Below are positions 15,226-24,549 of a DNA stretch of 36,955 nt, piece by piece. The stretch comes from a virus. Its lineage: Duplodnaviria; Caudoviricetes. The stretch's first letter is position 1; the number at the start of each line of letters is the position of its first letter. The stretch covers positions 1 to 36,955 of IMG/VR virus record IMGVR_UViG_3300049173_000026; one strand, 5' to 3'. Under the pieces are notes generated by a model that saw nothing but the letters and a program-made list of their open reading frames with translations, ran no database searches and was not told the origin of the DNA. Position numbers and translations under genes: made by a program.

Positions 15226-16876
15226 GTGAGTCCCATTCCAGCCCTCACCGCAGAAGAGATCGACGCCCTCGAACCCTCCTTCCTCGGCCCCACCTGGCTC
15301 CGCGAGCCTGACGGCTCCTGGAAGCTCCCCGAGCACACGCTCGGGTGGCAGATCGCCGGATGGTGCGCCGAGTACCTGAAGGCCGAGGACAGCGGGCCCT
15401 GGCGCTTCACGCGCGAGCAGCTCCGCTTCGTCTTGTGGTGGTACGCGGTCGACGACACCGGCCGCTTCATCTACCGCAAGGGAGTCCTTCAGCGCCTCAA
15501 GGGCTGGGGATTACGGCAAGGACCCGCTTCTCGCCGTGATCAGCCTCGTCGAGTTCGTCGGCCCGAGCCGCTTCTCGCACTGGGGCCCTGACGGGCAGCC
15601 GGTCGGCGTGCCCCACCCGCAGGCGTGGGTGCAGATCGCGGCCGTCTCGCGCGACCAGACCCGCAACACCATGACCCTGATGCCGAGCCTCATGAGCGAC
15701 AAGCTCATCGAGACGTACGGCATCAAGGCGGGCGCCGAGCTGATCCGTGCGAACGGCGGCCGGCAGCGGCTCGAAGCGGTCACTAGCTCGTTCCGCGCCC
15801 TCGAAGGCGGCCGAGTCACCTTCACCGTGCTGAACGAGACGCACCACTGGGTGACCGGCAACAACGGCGACCGCATGTACGAGACGATCGACGGTAACGC
15901 GACGAAGAAGGACTCGCGTTATCTGGCGATCACGAACGCGTACCTGCCCGGCGAAGACTCCGTGGCCGAGAAGATGCGCGAGGCATTCGAGAAGATCCTC
16001 GAAGGCCGCGCGGCCGACATCGGCTTCATGTACGACTCGATCGAGGCGCACCCCGCAACACCCCTGACGCCCGAGGCGATTCGCATCGTCCTGCCGAAGA
16101 TCCGGGGTGACGCGGTCTGGCTGCGCGTCGAGACGATCCTTCAGTCGATCCTCGACACGACGATCGCGCCGAGCCGCTCGCGGCGTATGTGGCTGAACCA
16201 GATCGTTGCGAGCGAGGACGCCCTCTTCGGCCCGGCCGAGTGGGACGTTCTCAGGGACGACGACAAGCAACTCCAGCCCGGCGACGAGATCACGATCGGG
16301 TTTGATGGCGGCCTCCGCGACGACAGCACTGCCCTGGTTGCCGTGCGCGTCAAGGACATGTGCGCCTTCGTGCTCGGCCTGTGGGAGAAGCCGGACGGCC
16401 CGGCCGGTAAGGACTGGGAAGTGCCCCGCGCACAGGTCGACTCGGCCGTACACGACGCCTTCCGTCTGTTCGAGGTGCAGGGCATGTACGCGGACGTGGC
16501 GCTCTGGGAGTCCTACATCTCCGAGTGGTCCGAGCTGTACGGCGAGGGCCTGGCCGTGAAGGCGCCCGGCAAGGACGCGATCGGCTGGGACATGCGCACC
16601 AGCCTGAAGGCGTCGACCCTCGCGAACGAGCGCCTCATGCGCTCGATCTTCGACCGCAAGCTCGCCCACGACGGCGACCGCAAGCTCCGCCGGCACGTGC
16701 TGAACGCGCGGCGCCGAACGAACAACTACGGCGTGAGCTTCGGCAAGGAAGGCCGCGAGTCGCCCAAGAAGGTCGACGCGTACGCGGCTCTCATGCTCGC
16801 GCACGAGGCCCTGTTCGACCTCCGCGCCCGAGGCAAGAAGGTCCGCAAGCGGACCGGCCGAGGGTTCTTCCTGTAG
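15226..16876 (+). CDS. terL: Terminase large subunit, split across two frames by a 7-nt insert at 15508-15514 (candidate translational bypass)
   Basis: Frame 1 runs to RLKGWG and frame 2 continues GKDPLLAVIS. Contains Walker B LNETHHW, nuclease GFDG and KVDAYAA. Confidence 0.9.
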
Positions 16877-16879
16877 CGC

Positions 16880-16894
16880 TGTAAACATGAGACC
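16880..16894 (+). promoter_or_regulatory. Stoperator-like motif TGTAAACATGAGACC
   Basis: Exact reverse complement of 2529-2543; intergenic between terL and portal. Confidence 0.7.
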
Positions 16895-16909
16895 CAAGGG
16901 TGGTGAACC

Positions 16910-18331
16910 ATGGCCGAACCCACGCCCGCCTCACTGGCGGTGCAGCTCCTCGCCATCCTTGGCCGGGACAAAGACCGGCTGACCCGGATCGACAACTATC
17001 TCCACGGCAGGCATGACGACCCGTACATGCCCGCCATGGCTGACGACGAGTACCGGCTTCTCGCGAAGCGGGCGGTGTCGAACTGGACGCCGCTCCTGGT
17101 GAACACCCCGGCGCAGGCTCTCTACGTGGACGGCTACCGGTCGGGCGACGAGGACTCGACGGGCTCGGCGACCAACCAGGCGTCCCCCCAGTGGGAGCAC
17201 TGGCAGCGGTCCCGCCTCGACGCCCGGCAGTCGGCCGTCTACAAGGGCGCGCTGACGTACGGGCACTCGTTCACGCTGACCGAGCGCGTCAAGGGTGTAG
17301 TCCTGACGAAGGGCCTGTCCGCGCTGCGGACGGCCGCCCTGTACGAGGACCCCGCGAACGACGACACCCCGTATGCGGCGCTGACCGTGACGGCCTGGCC
17401 CTCGGGCGAGTCCGCCGGCACCGCCCGCATGTGGGACGGCCGCTTCGAGCACGCGGTCACCTTCAAGGCACTCGACGACGCCGAGGGCGTCCGCGTGGGC
17501 AAGGGCAAGCGCCACGGTGCGAGCGAATGCCCCGTGACCCGCTTCGCTGCGTCGGTCGACCTGGAAGGCCGCACGGTCGGCGTGGTCGAGCCGATGATCC
17601 CGTTGCAGAACCGGATCAACCAGACGATCTTCGACCTCTTGCTCGCGCAGTCGTACGGCAGCACGAAGGTCAGGACCGTGACGGGCATGGCCCCGCCGGT
17701 CCAGCGCGACCCGGAGACGGGCGAGGTCGTCTACGACGAGCAGGGCAACCCGATCCCCCTGCCGATCAACCACAACGCCAAGCGCTTCCTTTTCGCCGAG
17801 GACCCGGACGTTCGTTTCGGGTCGCTGGACGAGACTCCGCTCGGCGGGTTCATCGACTCGATCGACATGAGCATCCGGCACCTCAGCGCCGTTGCGCAGG
17901 TGCCCCCGCATCACCTACTTGGACAGATCGCCAACCTCTCGGCCGAAGCCTTGCAGGCCGCCGAGACGGCGCTCAGCCGCAAGATTCAGGAGTTCCGTAC
18001 GGCATTCGGAGAAGCCTGGGAGAGGGTCTTCCGTTTGGCCGCCGAGCTGGAAGGCGCGGGCGGCGAGGACGACTTCAAGGGCGAAGTGATCTGGCGCGAC
18101 ATGGAACAGCGCTCGTTGGCGCAGGCCGCTGACGCACTGGGCAAGCTGCGCGAGCAGCTCGGCATCCCGGCGAAGGGCTTGTGGAAGCGCGTCCCGAACG
18201 TCACGCAAACCGAGCTGGACGAGTGGGACGAACTCGCCGAGGACGAAGACTCGGTGGGTCAGCTCGCTTCCGCTCTCACGCGCGCTACGCCTGAACCGGT
18301 CACCGCGGATTCCGTCGCGGCGGCGGCATGA
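16910..18331 (+). CDS. Portal protein (SPP1 gp6-like)
   Basis: Position, size 473 aa, NLSAEAL motif. Confidence 0.92.
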   Translation: MAEPTPASLAVQLLAILGRDKDRLTRIDNYLHGRHDDPYMPAMADDEYRLLAKRAVSNWTPLLVNTPAQALYVDGYRSGDEDSTGSATNQASPQWEHWQRSRLDARQSAVYKGALTYGHSFTLTERVKGVVLTKGLSALRTAALYEDPANDDTPYAALTVTAWPSGESAGTARMWDGRFEHAVTFKALDDAEGVRVGKGKRHGASECPVTRFAASVDLEGRTVGVVEPMIPLQNRINQTIFDLLLAQSYGSTKVRTVTGMAPPVQRDPETGEVVYDEQGNPIPLPINHNAKRFLFAEDPDVRFGSLDETPLGGFIDSIDMSIRHLSAVAQVPPHHLLGQIANLSAEALQAAETALSRKIQEFRTAFGEAWERVFRLAAELEGAGGEDDFKGEVIWRDMEQRSLAQAADALGKLREQLGIPAKGLWKRVPNVTQTELDEWDELAEDEDSVGQLASALTRATPEPVTADSVAAAA

Positions 18332-19485
18332 GCAAGGCGACGAGGCAGGCCGAGACCGATGAAGTCTCGGCCGCCTTCCACGTCGCACTGACGCAGATCG
18401 GCGCACAGACCACAGCTGAGGCCCTCGCCTTGTGGGCGGATGTGCCGGTCGAGCGGCGTGCGGCTACCGCTGGCGCCTGGCTCCGTAAGGCAATCACGCT
18501 CGTCATGGGCAGACGCCGACAGTCCCGCGATCTGGCCCGCGCCTACTACCGGCTCGCCCGAGCACTTCAGACGGGCCGGACCGTCGCGGACCCGTACCAC
18601 CCTGAACCGTCGTACGTGACTCTGGCCGACCTGCGGCGCGAGTTCGCGGAACTGGCGGGCACCTACACGCCGCCTTCAGAGCAGGGGGGCGAGGCCGCGA
18701 CCGTCGCTAACGGGGAAGCCTCGCCCGCCCGACCCGCCGAGGACAACGCAGAGGAGACGCCGGGCCAGGCGCCCGGTAGTACCCCTGGGGACGACCTCGA
18801 CGACGAAGAAATTCTCGAGGTCGCCGGCACCAACGACGACGGCCAGGACGAGGACGAGGACCAGGACGACGACGAGGACTGGGAACGGATTCTCGTCGAG
18901 GAGCTGGAAGGGCTTCGCGAGGAAGAGGAGCGCGTCGAGCGCCTGGCCGAAGAGGAACTTCGGATCTCGCTGGAAGCCCTCGGTACCGCGAACCTCGACC
19001 GGCGCATGTCCCTCGAAGACGCCGACCCTGACGAGTCTCACCGGCAAGCAGGCGCACAGCAGGCCGCAGCCGCCTCGCGCATCGCGATGAACGGCGGCCG
19101 GTCATCGAACTGGACGCACATGACCCGCGACCGGCGGGCCCTGGGCTACGTGCGTCTTTCGCGCACGGGCACCCCGTGCGGCTGGTGCGCCATGTTGATC
19201 AGCCGGGGGCCGGTCTACAAGAGCCGCGAGTCCGCCACGTTCAACGACGGCGACCGCTATCACGACAACTGCCACTGCTACGCGATGCCGGTCTGGAGCC
19301 GGGATCAGTACCAGTCGAGCGAACTGACCGCGCTCTCGCGGCAGTACGAGGCCCTGTGGCCAGAGGTCACGAAGGGCCATTCCGGCAAGGCCGCGGTGAG
19401 CGTCTGGCGCCGGTTCATCCGCAAGAAGCAGAGAGCCGCAGCCCTGGAGGCGCGGCAGTCCACTGACACGACCCCGGAGGCGTGA
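18328..19485 (+). CDS. Head morphogenesis / capsid maturation protein (L5 gp15/MuF-like)
   Basis: CGWCAMLISRG...YHDNCHC motif; lies between portal and scaffold. Confidence 0.8.
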   Translation: MSKATRQAETDEVSAAFHVALTQIGAQTTAEALALWADVPVERRAATAGAWLRKAITLVMGRRRQSRDLARAYYRLARALQTGRTVADPYHPEPSYVTLADLRREFAELAGTYTPPSEQGGEAATVANGEASPARPAEDNAEETPGQAPGSTPGDDLDDEEILEVAGTNDDGQDEDEDQDDDEDWERILVEELEGLREEEERVERLAEEELRISLEALGTANLDRRMSLEDADPDESHRQAGAQQAAAASRIAMNGGRSSNWTHMTRDRRALGYVRLSRTGTPCGWCAMLISRGPVYKSRESATFNDGDRYHDNCHCYAMPVWSRDQYQSSELTALSRQYEALWPEVTKGHSGKAAVSVWRRFIRKKQRAAALEARQSTDTTPEA

Positions 19486-19486
19486 A

Positions 19487-20017
19487 GTGCCCGAAGAGAA
19501 GCCCGAGGACAAGAGCGGCGAGAACCCGCCCGGCGAGACTCCGCCCGAGCAGAAGCCGGACGACGAGCAGAAGCCGGACGACAAGGCTGGTGCCGGCGGC
19601 GAGTCCACCAACGAGGAAGACCAGCTTCCTCCGTGGGCCCGCAAGGAGCTGGCCAAGGTCCGCAACGAGGCGGCCGGTTACCGCACTCGACTGCGAGACG
19701 CCGAGACGAAGCTCTCTGGGGCCAAGAGCCCGGAGGAGTTCGAGGCCGCCCTCGCCGACGTGAAGCAGAAGAACGCGGATCTGGAGCACTCGCTCGTCGT
19801 CGCGTCCGTGGCCCGGAAGTACGACCTTCCCGAGGAGCTGGCCGGGCGCCTGCGCGGCACCACTCCCGAGGAGCTGGAAGCCGACGCGAAGGCCCTTCAG
19901 GCACTCGTCACCCCTGCCGCTCCTCCCGCCCTGGGAGGCGGCCTCACGCCGTCCGACGACGAGGACGACGGCGAGATGGACCCGCGCAAGCTCGCGCGGC
20001 GTTCACGGCGCTTCTAG
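19487..20017 (+). CDS. Capsid scaffolding protein
   Basis: Acidic N-terminus, EAAGYRTRLR, RLRGTTPEELEADAKAL. Confidence 0.88.
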   Translation: MPEEKPEDKSGENPPGETPPEQKPDDEQKPDDKAGAGGESTNEEDQLPPWARKELAKVRNEAAGYRTRLRDAETKLSGAKSPEEFEAALADVKQKNADLEHSLVVASVARKYDLPEELAGRLRGTTPEELEADAKALQALVTPAAPPALGGGLTPSDDEDDGEMDPRKLARRSRRF

Positions 20018-20041
20018 CGCCCCCGATGACCCCCCTTACTC

Positions 20042-20074
20042 AACCCCCGTGCTGACTCGGCCGGGGGTTTCTTC
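20042..20074 (+). terminator. Stem-loop with T-rich tail before the capsid gene
   Basis: AACCCCCG/CGGGGGTT followed by TCTT. Confidence 0.5.
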
Positions 20075-20094
20075 ATGCCCCCGGAGGTAGCACC

Positions 20095-21156
20095 TTGCCC
20101 ACCCCTCAGCATCAGGTCGTTAAGCCGCAGAAGCTCGTCAACGCCGCAGTCGGCATGCTGGAGCAGGAACTCGTCATCCCGAACCTGTTCCAGAAGCAGG
20201 GCGTTGACCAGTTCAAGGGCGCCGAGAACGACACGATCTCGATGAAGGTGGAGGGAATCCTCCCGTTCCACGACTACGGGTGGAGGAACGACCGAACCTC
20301 GCCGATCGTCTTCGACGAGTACAGCGAGCGGACCATCGCTGTCACCTTCGGCGGGAACGTCTACTCGGCCGTCAAGCTCACCGACGAGCAGAACGACTTC
20401 GACATCGACAACTGGTCGAAGCTCCTGCGTCCGCAGTCCAAGGCGGTCGCTCGCGGTCTCCAGCGCCGGGCCGTCAACCTTCTGACCGGCCAGGCGTACA
20501 ACGCCGTCATCGGCAACACGGCCGCGAACCTGCGCGGCGCGCTGATCGAGGCCCGCCGGGTCCTGAACGCCTTCCACGCGCCGAAGGAGGGCCGTTACCT
20601 TCTGGTCGGCACGGAGTTCGAGTCGGCGCTCCTGAACGACGACAAGCTCAACCTCGCGCAGAACGTCGGCGACAGCGAGGCCGAGACCGCGCTCCGCACC
20701 GCCACCATCGGTGAGCGCTTCGGCTTCCGCATCGTCGTCGACCAGACCATCCCTGCGGATGCCGCGTACGCCTTCGCGTCCTCGGCGTTCATCTTCCTGT
20801 CCGGTGCGCCGAGCGTCCCGCAGTCCGTTCCCTACGGCGCGACCACCTCGTTCGAGTCCATCGCCCTGCGGTGGGTCCGCGACTACGACCCGCTCTACAT
20901 GCAGGACCGCTCGGTCGTGAACACCTACGCGGGCTTCCGCTCCGTGACCGATGTCCTGGTCGGCTGGGACGCGGTCAACGAGAAGGAGATCGTCTCGACC
21001 GGCGAGCACTTCGTCCGGGGCATCAAGCTCACCCTCGACGGCGCGTCCAACTACCCGGCGGCCTCGTCCGAGCTGGCCACGATCACCGGCGTCTCGGACG
21101 CGAAGGTGTGGACCCCGACCGGCATGAAGGCTGAGACCGACCCGGCCAACGCCTGA
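20095..21156 (+). CDS. Major capsid protein
   Basis: Follows scaffold; GGAGG RBS; 353 aa; P22-coat-like features (GDTI-like NDTI, GRYLLVG). Confidence 0.9.
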   Translation: MPTPQHQVVKPQKLVNAAVGMLEQELVIPNLFQKQGVDQFKGAENDTISMKVEGILPFHDYGWRNDRTSPIVFDEYSERTIAVTFGGNVYSAVKLTDEQNDFDIDNWSKLLRPQSKAVARGLQRRAVNLLTGQAYNAVIGNTAANLRGALIEARRVLNAFHAPKEGRYLLVGTEFESALLNDDKLNLAQNVGDSEAETALRTATIGERFGFRIVVDQTIPADAAYAFASSAFIFLSGAPSVPQSVPYGATTSFESIALRWVRDYDPLYMQDRSVVNTYAGFRSVTDVLVGWDAVNEKEIVSTGEHFVRGIKLTLDGASNYPAASSELATITGVSDAKVWTPTGMKAETDPANA

Positions 21157-21232
21157 TCGTGAACGGGGGGCCGCGTGACCTGGGGCAGACCGGGAGCGCG
21201 GCCCCCCGGCCGTTCGGAAAGGAGGTCGGGGC

Positions 21233-21694
21233 TTGGCTTACGCAACCCTCGACGAGCTGAAGGGCCGCCTCGACTGGGACCTCGACCCCGACGAGCTGCG
21301 CATCGCAGCCGGGGCGTTGGAAGACGCGTCCGACATGGCCGCCACCTACGGCCGCGAGTGGCCCGAGGAGTCGGCGCCGCGCCTTGTGCGCACGCTGGTG
21401 CTGAAGTCAGCAGCGCGGTACCTACGCAACCCCAACGGCTACACGCAGAGCCGGGCCGGGGACGAGACGCTCGCATGGTCGGACGCCCACGGCCGTGACG
21501 CCGGGACCGTCTACTTCACCCGCGAGGAGATCCGGCTCCTGGAGGAACTCGCCGGGCGCAAGCGCGGCATCTCCAGCGTGGCCGTCTCGTCGTGGGGCAC
21601 GAAGCTCCCCCATCGTGATGCCGGCGGACACGTGCCGGTGGACTACGGCGGCGACACCTTCCCCCTCTTCGGTGACGCGGTGAGCCCCTGGTGA
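21233..21694 (+). CDS. Head-to-tail adaptor
   Basis: AYATLDEL, RYLRNPNG motifs. Confidence 0.85.
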   Translation: MAYATLDELKGRLDWDLDPDELRIAAGALEDASDMAATYGREWPEESAPRLVRTLVLKSAARYLRNPNGYTQSRAGDETLAWSDAHGRDAGTVYFTREEIRLLEELAGRKRGISSVAVSSWGTKLPHRDAGGHVPVDYGGDTFPLFGDAVSPW

Positions 21695-22026
21695 GCGTTC
21701 AGCGCAGGCGCGGCCAGACGGCCCGCGTATGGCGGACCAAGGAAGTCATCGACAACCGGGGCAACACGGTGATCACCGTGGACGAGGACAGCCCCGTCAC
21801 GGTCAAGGCCGCCTTCATCCCCCAGCGAAGCGGCAAGGCCGAGGTCCCCGGCCAACAGCAGATCAACGTGACGCGGATGATCGTGGACGCCCATGTCGAG
21901 GGCGTCACCCTGTGGTCCCGCGTCGAGTACCAGGGCCGCATGTGGGACATCGTGACGCCGCCCGCTTACCACCACGGCGAGCGCCGCACGCGGCACTGGT
22001 CGATCGACATCCGGGAGCGGCCCTGA
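21691..22026 (+). CDS. Head-to-tail stopper
   Basis: Synteny; DNRGN and WDIVTPP motifs. Confidence 0.8.
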   Translation: MSVQRRRGQTARVWRTKEVIDNRGNTVITVDEDSPVTVKAAFIPQRSGKAEVPGQQQINVTRMIVDAHVEGVTLWSRVEYQGRMWDIVTPPAYHHGERRTRHWSIDIRERP

Positions 22027-22409
22027 TGGCAGAGATCTACAACCGGAAGGGGAGGCGACAGCTTGAGAAGCTCGTCGCTCTCCTGCCCGGCGTTCAGGAC
22101 TCGATCGACGAGGCCCGCTTCGAGGTGGCCGCGCGAGCCGAGGCCCTGCTTCTCCAGCACCGCCAAGAGGGGCACGCGTCGATCGACGTTGAGGACGGCG
22201 ACGTGGACAAGTACGTGATCCTCGACGACGAGCGCGGCAAGCAGGCCGCCTTGTCCATCGAGTACGGCCGCGCCGAATCCGTGGTTGTGCGCAAGCGCAA
22301 GGATGGCTCGACCTACCTCGACGTAATGCCGGCATCCGATGGCCTGTTCATCCTGGCCCGCGCGGCGAACCTGCCCAAGAAGCGGAAGGGCAAGGTGCAC
22401 CTCGACTGA
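22026..22409 (+). CDS. Neck/tail-completion protein (DUF5403-like)
   Basis: ATG overlaps the upstream stop; AALSIEYG motif. Confidence 0.75.
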   Translation: MAEIYNRKGRRQLEKLVALLPGVQDSIDEARFEVAARAEALLLQHRQEGHASIDVEDGDVDKYVILDDERGKQAALSIEYGRAESVVVRKRKDGSTYLDVMPASDGLFILARAANLPKKRKGKVHLD

Positions 22410-22903
22410 TGGCAGGACTCCCCGACCACATCAAGGCCATGGCGGAGCTGTCGCCTGTCGAGGATCTCCTTCTCGCGGTGCTGCGCGAGGGCCTGCCCGG
22501 CGTCCGGGTGAAGTCCCTCGTTGACGCACACGAGACGTTCCCTCTCGTCCTGGTCCGACGCGACCCGACATGGGGTGAGTGGCAGGGCGACACCCGCTTC
22601 ACGGACGCGGCCCGCATCGTCGTCAACACGTTCGCGCCGGACCCCAACGGGGACGAAGACGCGGCCGTTCTCGGCGAGGCCGTCCGCGTCGTCATGCGGA
22701 ACGCCTGGTTGAACCAGAAGGTCTATCCCCGCCTTGGCCACATCATCCGCGTGGATCTGAACTCCGCGCCGAGACGGGCCACGGACTGGGCGACCGCGAC
22801 GGGCCCCGTCCAGTACGCCGACCTCCCTACGGGGATCTGGCGTTACGAGTCGATCTACGACGTGCAGATCCGCAAGCCGCGGACTCGCCCCTACACCCCC
22901 TAA
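22409..22903 (+). CDS. Tail terminator
   Basis: Synteny directly before the major tail protein; LPTGIWRYE. Confidence 0.8.
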   Translation: MAGLPDHIKAMAELSPVEDLLLAVLREGLPGVRVKSLVDAHETFPLVLVRRDPTWGEWQGDTRFTDAARIVVNTFAPDPNGDEDAAVLGEAVRVVMRNAWLNQKVYPRLGHIIRVDLNSAPRRATDWATATGPVQYADLPTGIWRYESIYDVQIRKPRTRPYTP

Positions 22904-22980
22904 CAGTTCCCTTCACGCAAGGCCCGGACCCCATCGCGGGGTGCCGGGCCTTCGTCGTGCGCGAGTAAGGATGCAGCCTC

Positions 22981-23721
22981 TTGGCGATCAACGATGACGC
23001 GACTCTTGTCGTCGGCTCCGGTAACTACCTGACGGCCCCGGTCGGCACCGCCATGCCGGCGGATCTCCTGACGCCCACTTCCCCGTGGCAGAACGTCGGG
23101 CACACGTCCCTTGAGGACATCTTCGGCATCACGTCCGAGGGCGGCGAGGCGACCACGATCGGGTCGCTTCAGAACAAGTCCCTGCGCACGAAGTACAGCG
23201 CGCGGACCGAGACCATGACCTTCACGCTTCAGCAGTTCGACACTGCCGCGCTGAAGCTCTACTTCGGTGCGAACGCGCCGATCCTGCCGGACGGTTCGGT
23301 CGGTGTCCCCACGGACCCGGAGCCGACTCAGGCGGGGTTCCTGGCGGTCTTCGTGGACGGCGAGAACCACTTCGCCTTCTACGCCCCCCGCGCGGAGATC
23401 TACCGCGCTGACGACATGGCGATCTCGGACACCGAGTCTCTCGCCGGTCTGCCGCTCGGCGTGAAGCCGATGGCCTACGGCTCGAACGTCTGGACCTACG
23501 CCATCACGCCTCTCGGCGGAACCCTGGCGACCGGCGCATCCGCCGGCAGCCCCGGCGCCTTCAGTCCGGACGGCGCTGTCGCCCCGGCGAACCTGGCCGG
23601 TCTGGCTGGTGTCATCGCCACTCCGACGAGCGCGTGGACCACCGGTCAGCACGTCGTCCTCGGCGACGGCTCGAAGGCGTACTGGAACGGCACTGCCTGG
23701 GTGGCTGGCCAGGCCGCCTGA
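22981..23721 (+). CDS. Major tail protein
   Basis: YLTAPVGT, WQNVGHTS, LQQFD...LKLYFG motifs. Confidence 0.9.
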   Translation: MAINDDATLVVGSGNYLTAPVGTAMPADLLTPTSPWQNVGHTSLEDIFGITSEGGEATTIGSLQNKSLRTKYSARTETMTFTLQQFDTAALKLYFGANAPILPDGSVGVPTDPEPTQAGFLAVFVDGENHFAFYAPRAEIYRADDMAISDTESLAGLPLGVKPMAYGSNVWTYAITPLGGTLATGASAGSPGAFSPDGAVAPANLAGLAGVIATPTSAWTTGQHVVLGDGSKAYWNGTAWVAGQAA

Positions 23722-23826
23722 TAGCTCCCGGCGCGGGTGTGTTGCGGACCCGCCCGCGCCGGGCTCACCCCTCTCTCTCAGGTCCGCAGCCCTTCCCTGT
23801 TCTTCTCACTGGAGGTCCGCAACCCC

Positions 23827-24165
23827 ATGGCTTCTTACTCCCTCGACGACATCCGCGCCGCCGCTGAGCGCAAGTACGGCTCGACCGACATCACCCTCGG
23901 CGAGGACACTGTCCGTCTCCTCAACCCGCTGCGCCTGCCGAAGGCTCGCCGTGACGCGCTCCTGTCCCTTCAGGAGCAGATGAGCGCCGACGACGCCGAC
24001 CAGGCCGCGCTTCTGTCCGACGCGATTCGCACGATCGCCGAGTCCGAGAAGGCCGCCGAGAAGCTCCTCGAAGCCGTGGGCGGTGACCTCGCGGTCCTCG
24101 CCGAGATCTTCGGCCACTACGGCGAGAGCACCCAGGCGGGGGAAGCCTCGGCCTCGCAGGACTGA
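23827..24165 (+). CDS. Tail assembly chaperone (short form)
   Basis: GGAGG RBS; LLNPLRL motif; ends after the slippery GGGGGAA. Confidence 0.88.
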   Translation: MASYSLDDIRAAAERKYGSTDITLGEDTVRLLNPLRLPKARRDALLSLQEQMSADDADQAALLSDAIRTIAESEKAAEKLLEAVGGDLAVLAEIFGHYGESTQAGEASASQD

Positions 24166-24545
24166 TCGACGAGTACGGAGAGGGCATTTACCCGGACCTG
24201 CTTTTCCATTTCGGCATCAACCTCGCCGACGTGATAGCGGGCCGGGGCCCTTCCCCTGCACTCGTCCTTCTCCTCGTACAGAGGCTTCCCGACACCTCCC
24301 TTACGGTCGCCCTCGCGTCCGGCGGCCGTGACCATTTCGGCTGGGGTCAGGACCGGCACATGTCGGCCGACCTCTTCGACGCGATCAACCAGAACACCCG
24401 CGCAACTGGCCAGTGGGGCAAGGGCAAAGCGCCGAAGATCCCCGCCTATCCGAGGCCGCAGGCGAAGAAGGCCGAGAAGAAGAAGAACAAGGCCATTAAG
24501 CCGCGCTCGGTCGCGGAGATTTACAAGCACTTCCAGCGGAGGTAA
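23827..24545 (+). CDS. Tail assembly chaperone, -1 frameshift extended form
   Basis: G GGG GAA at 24138-24144; the -1 frame is open to 24545. Confidence 0.82.
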
Positions 24546-24549
24546 CTGG

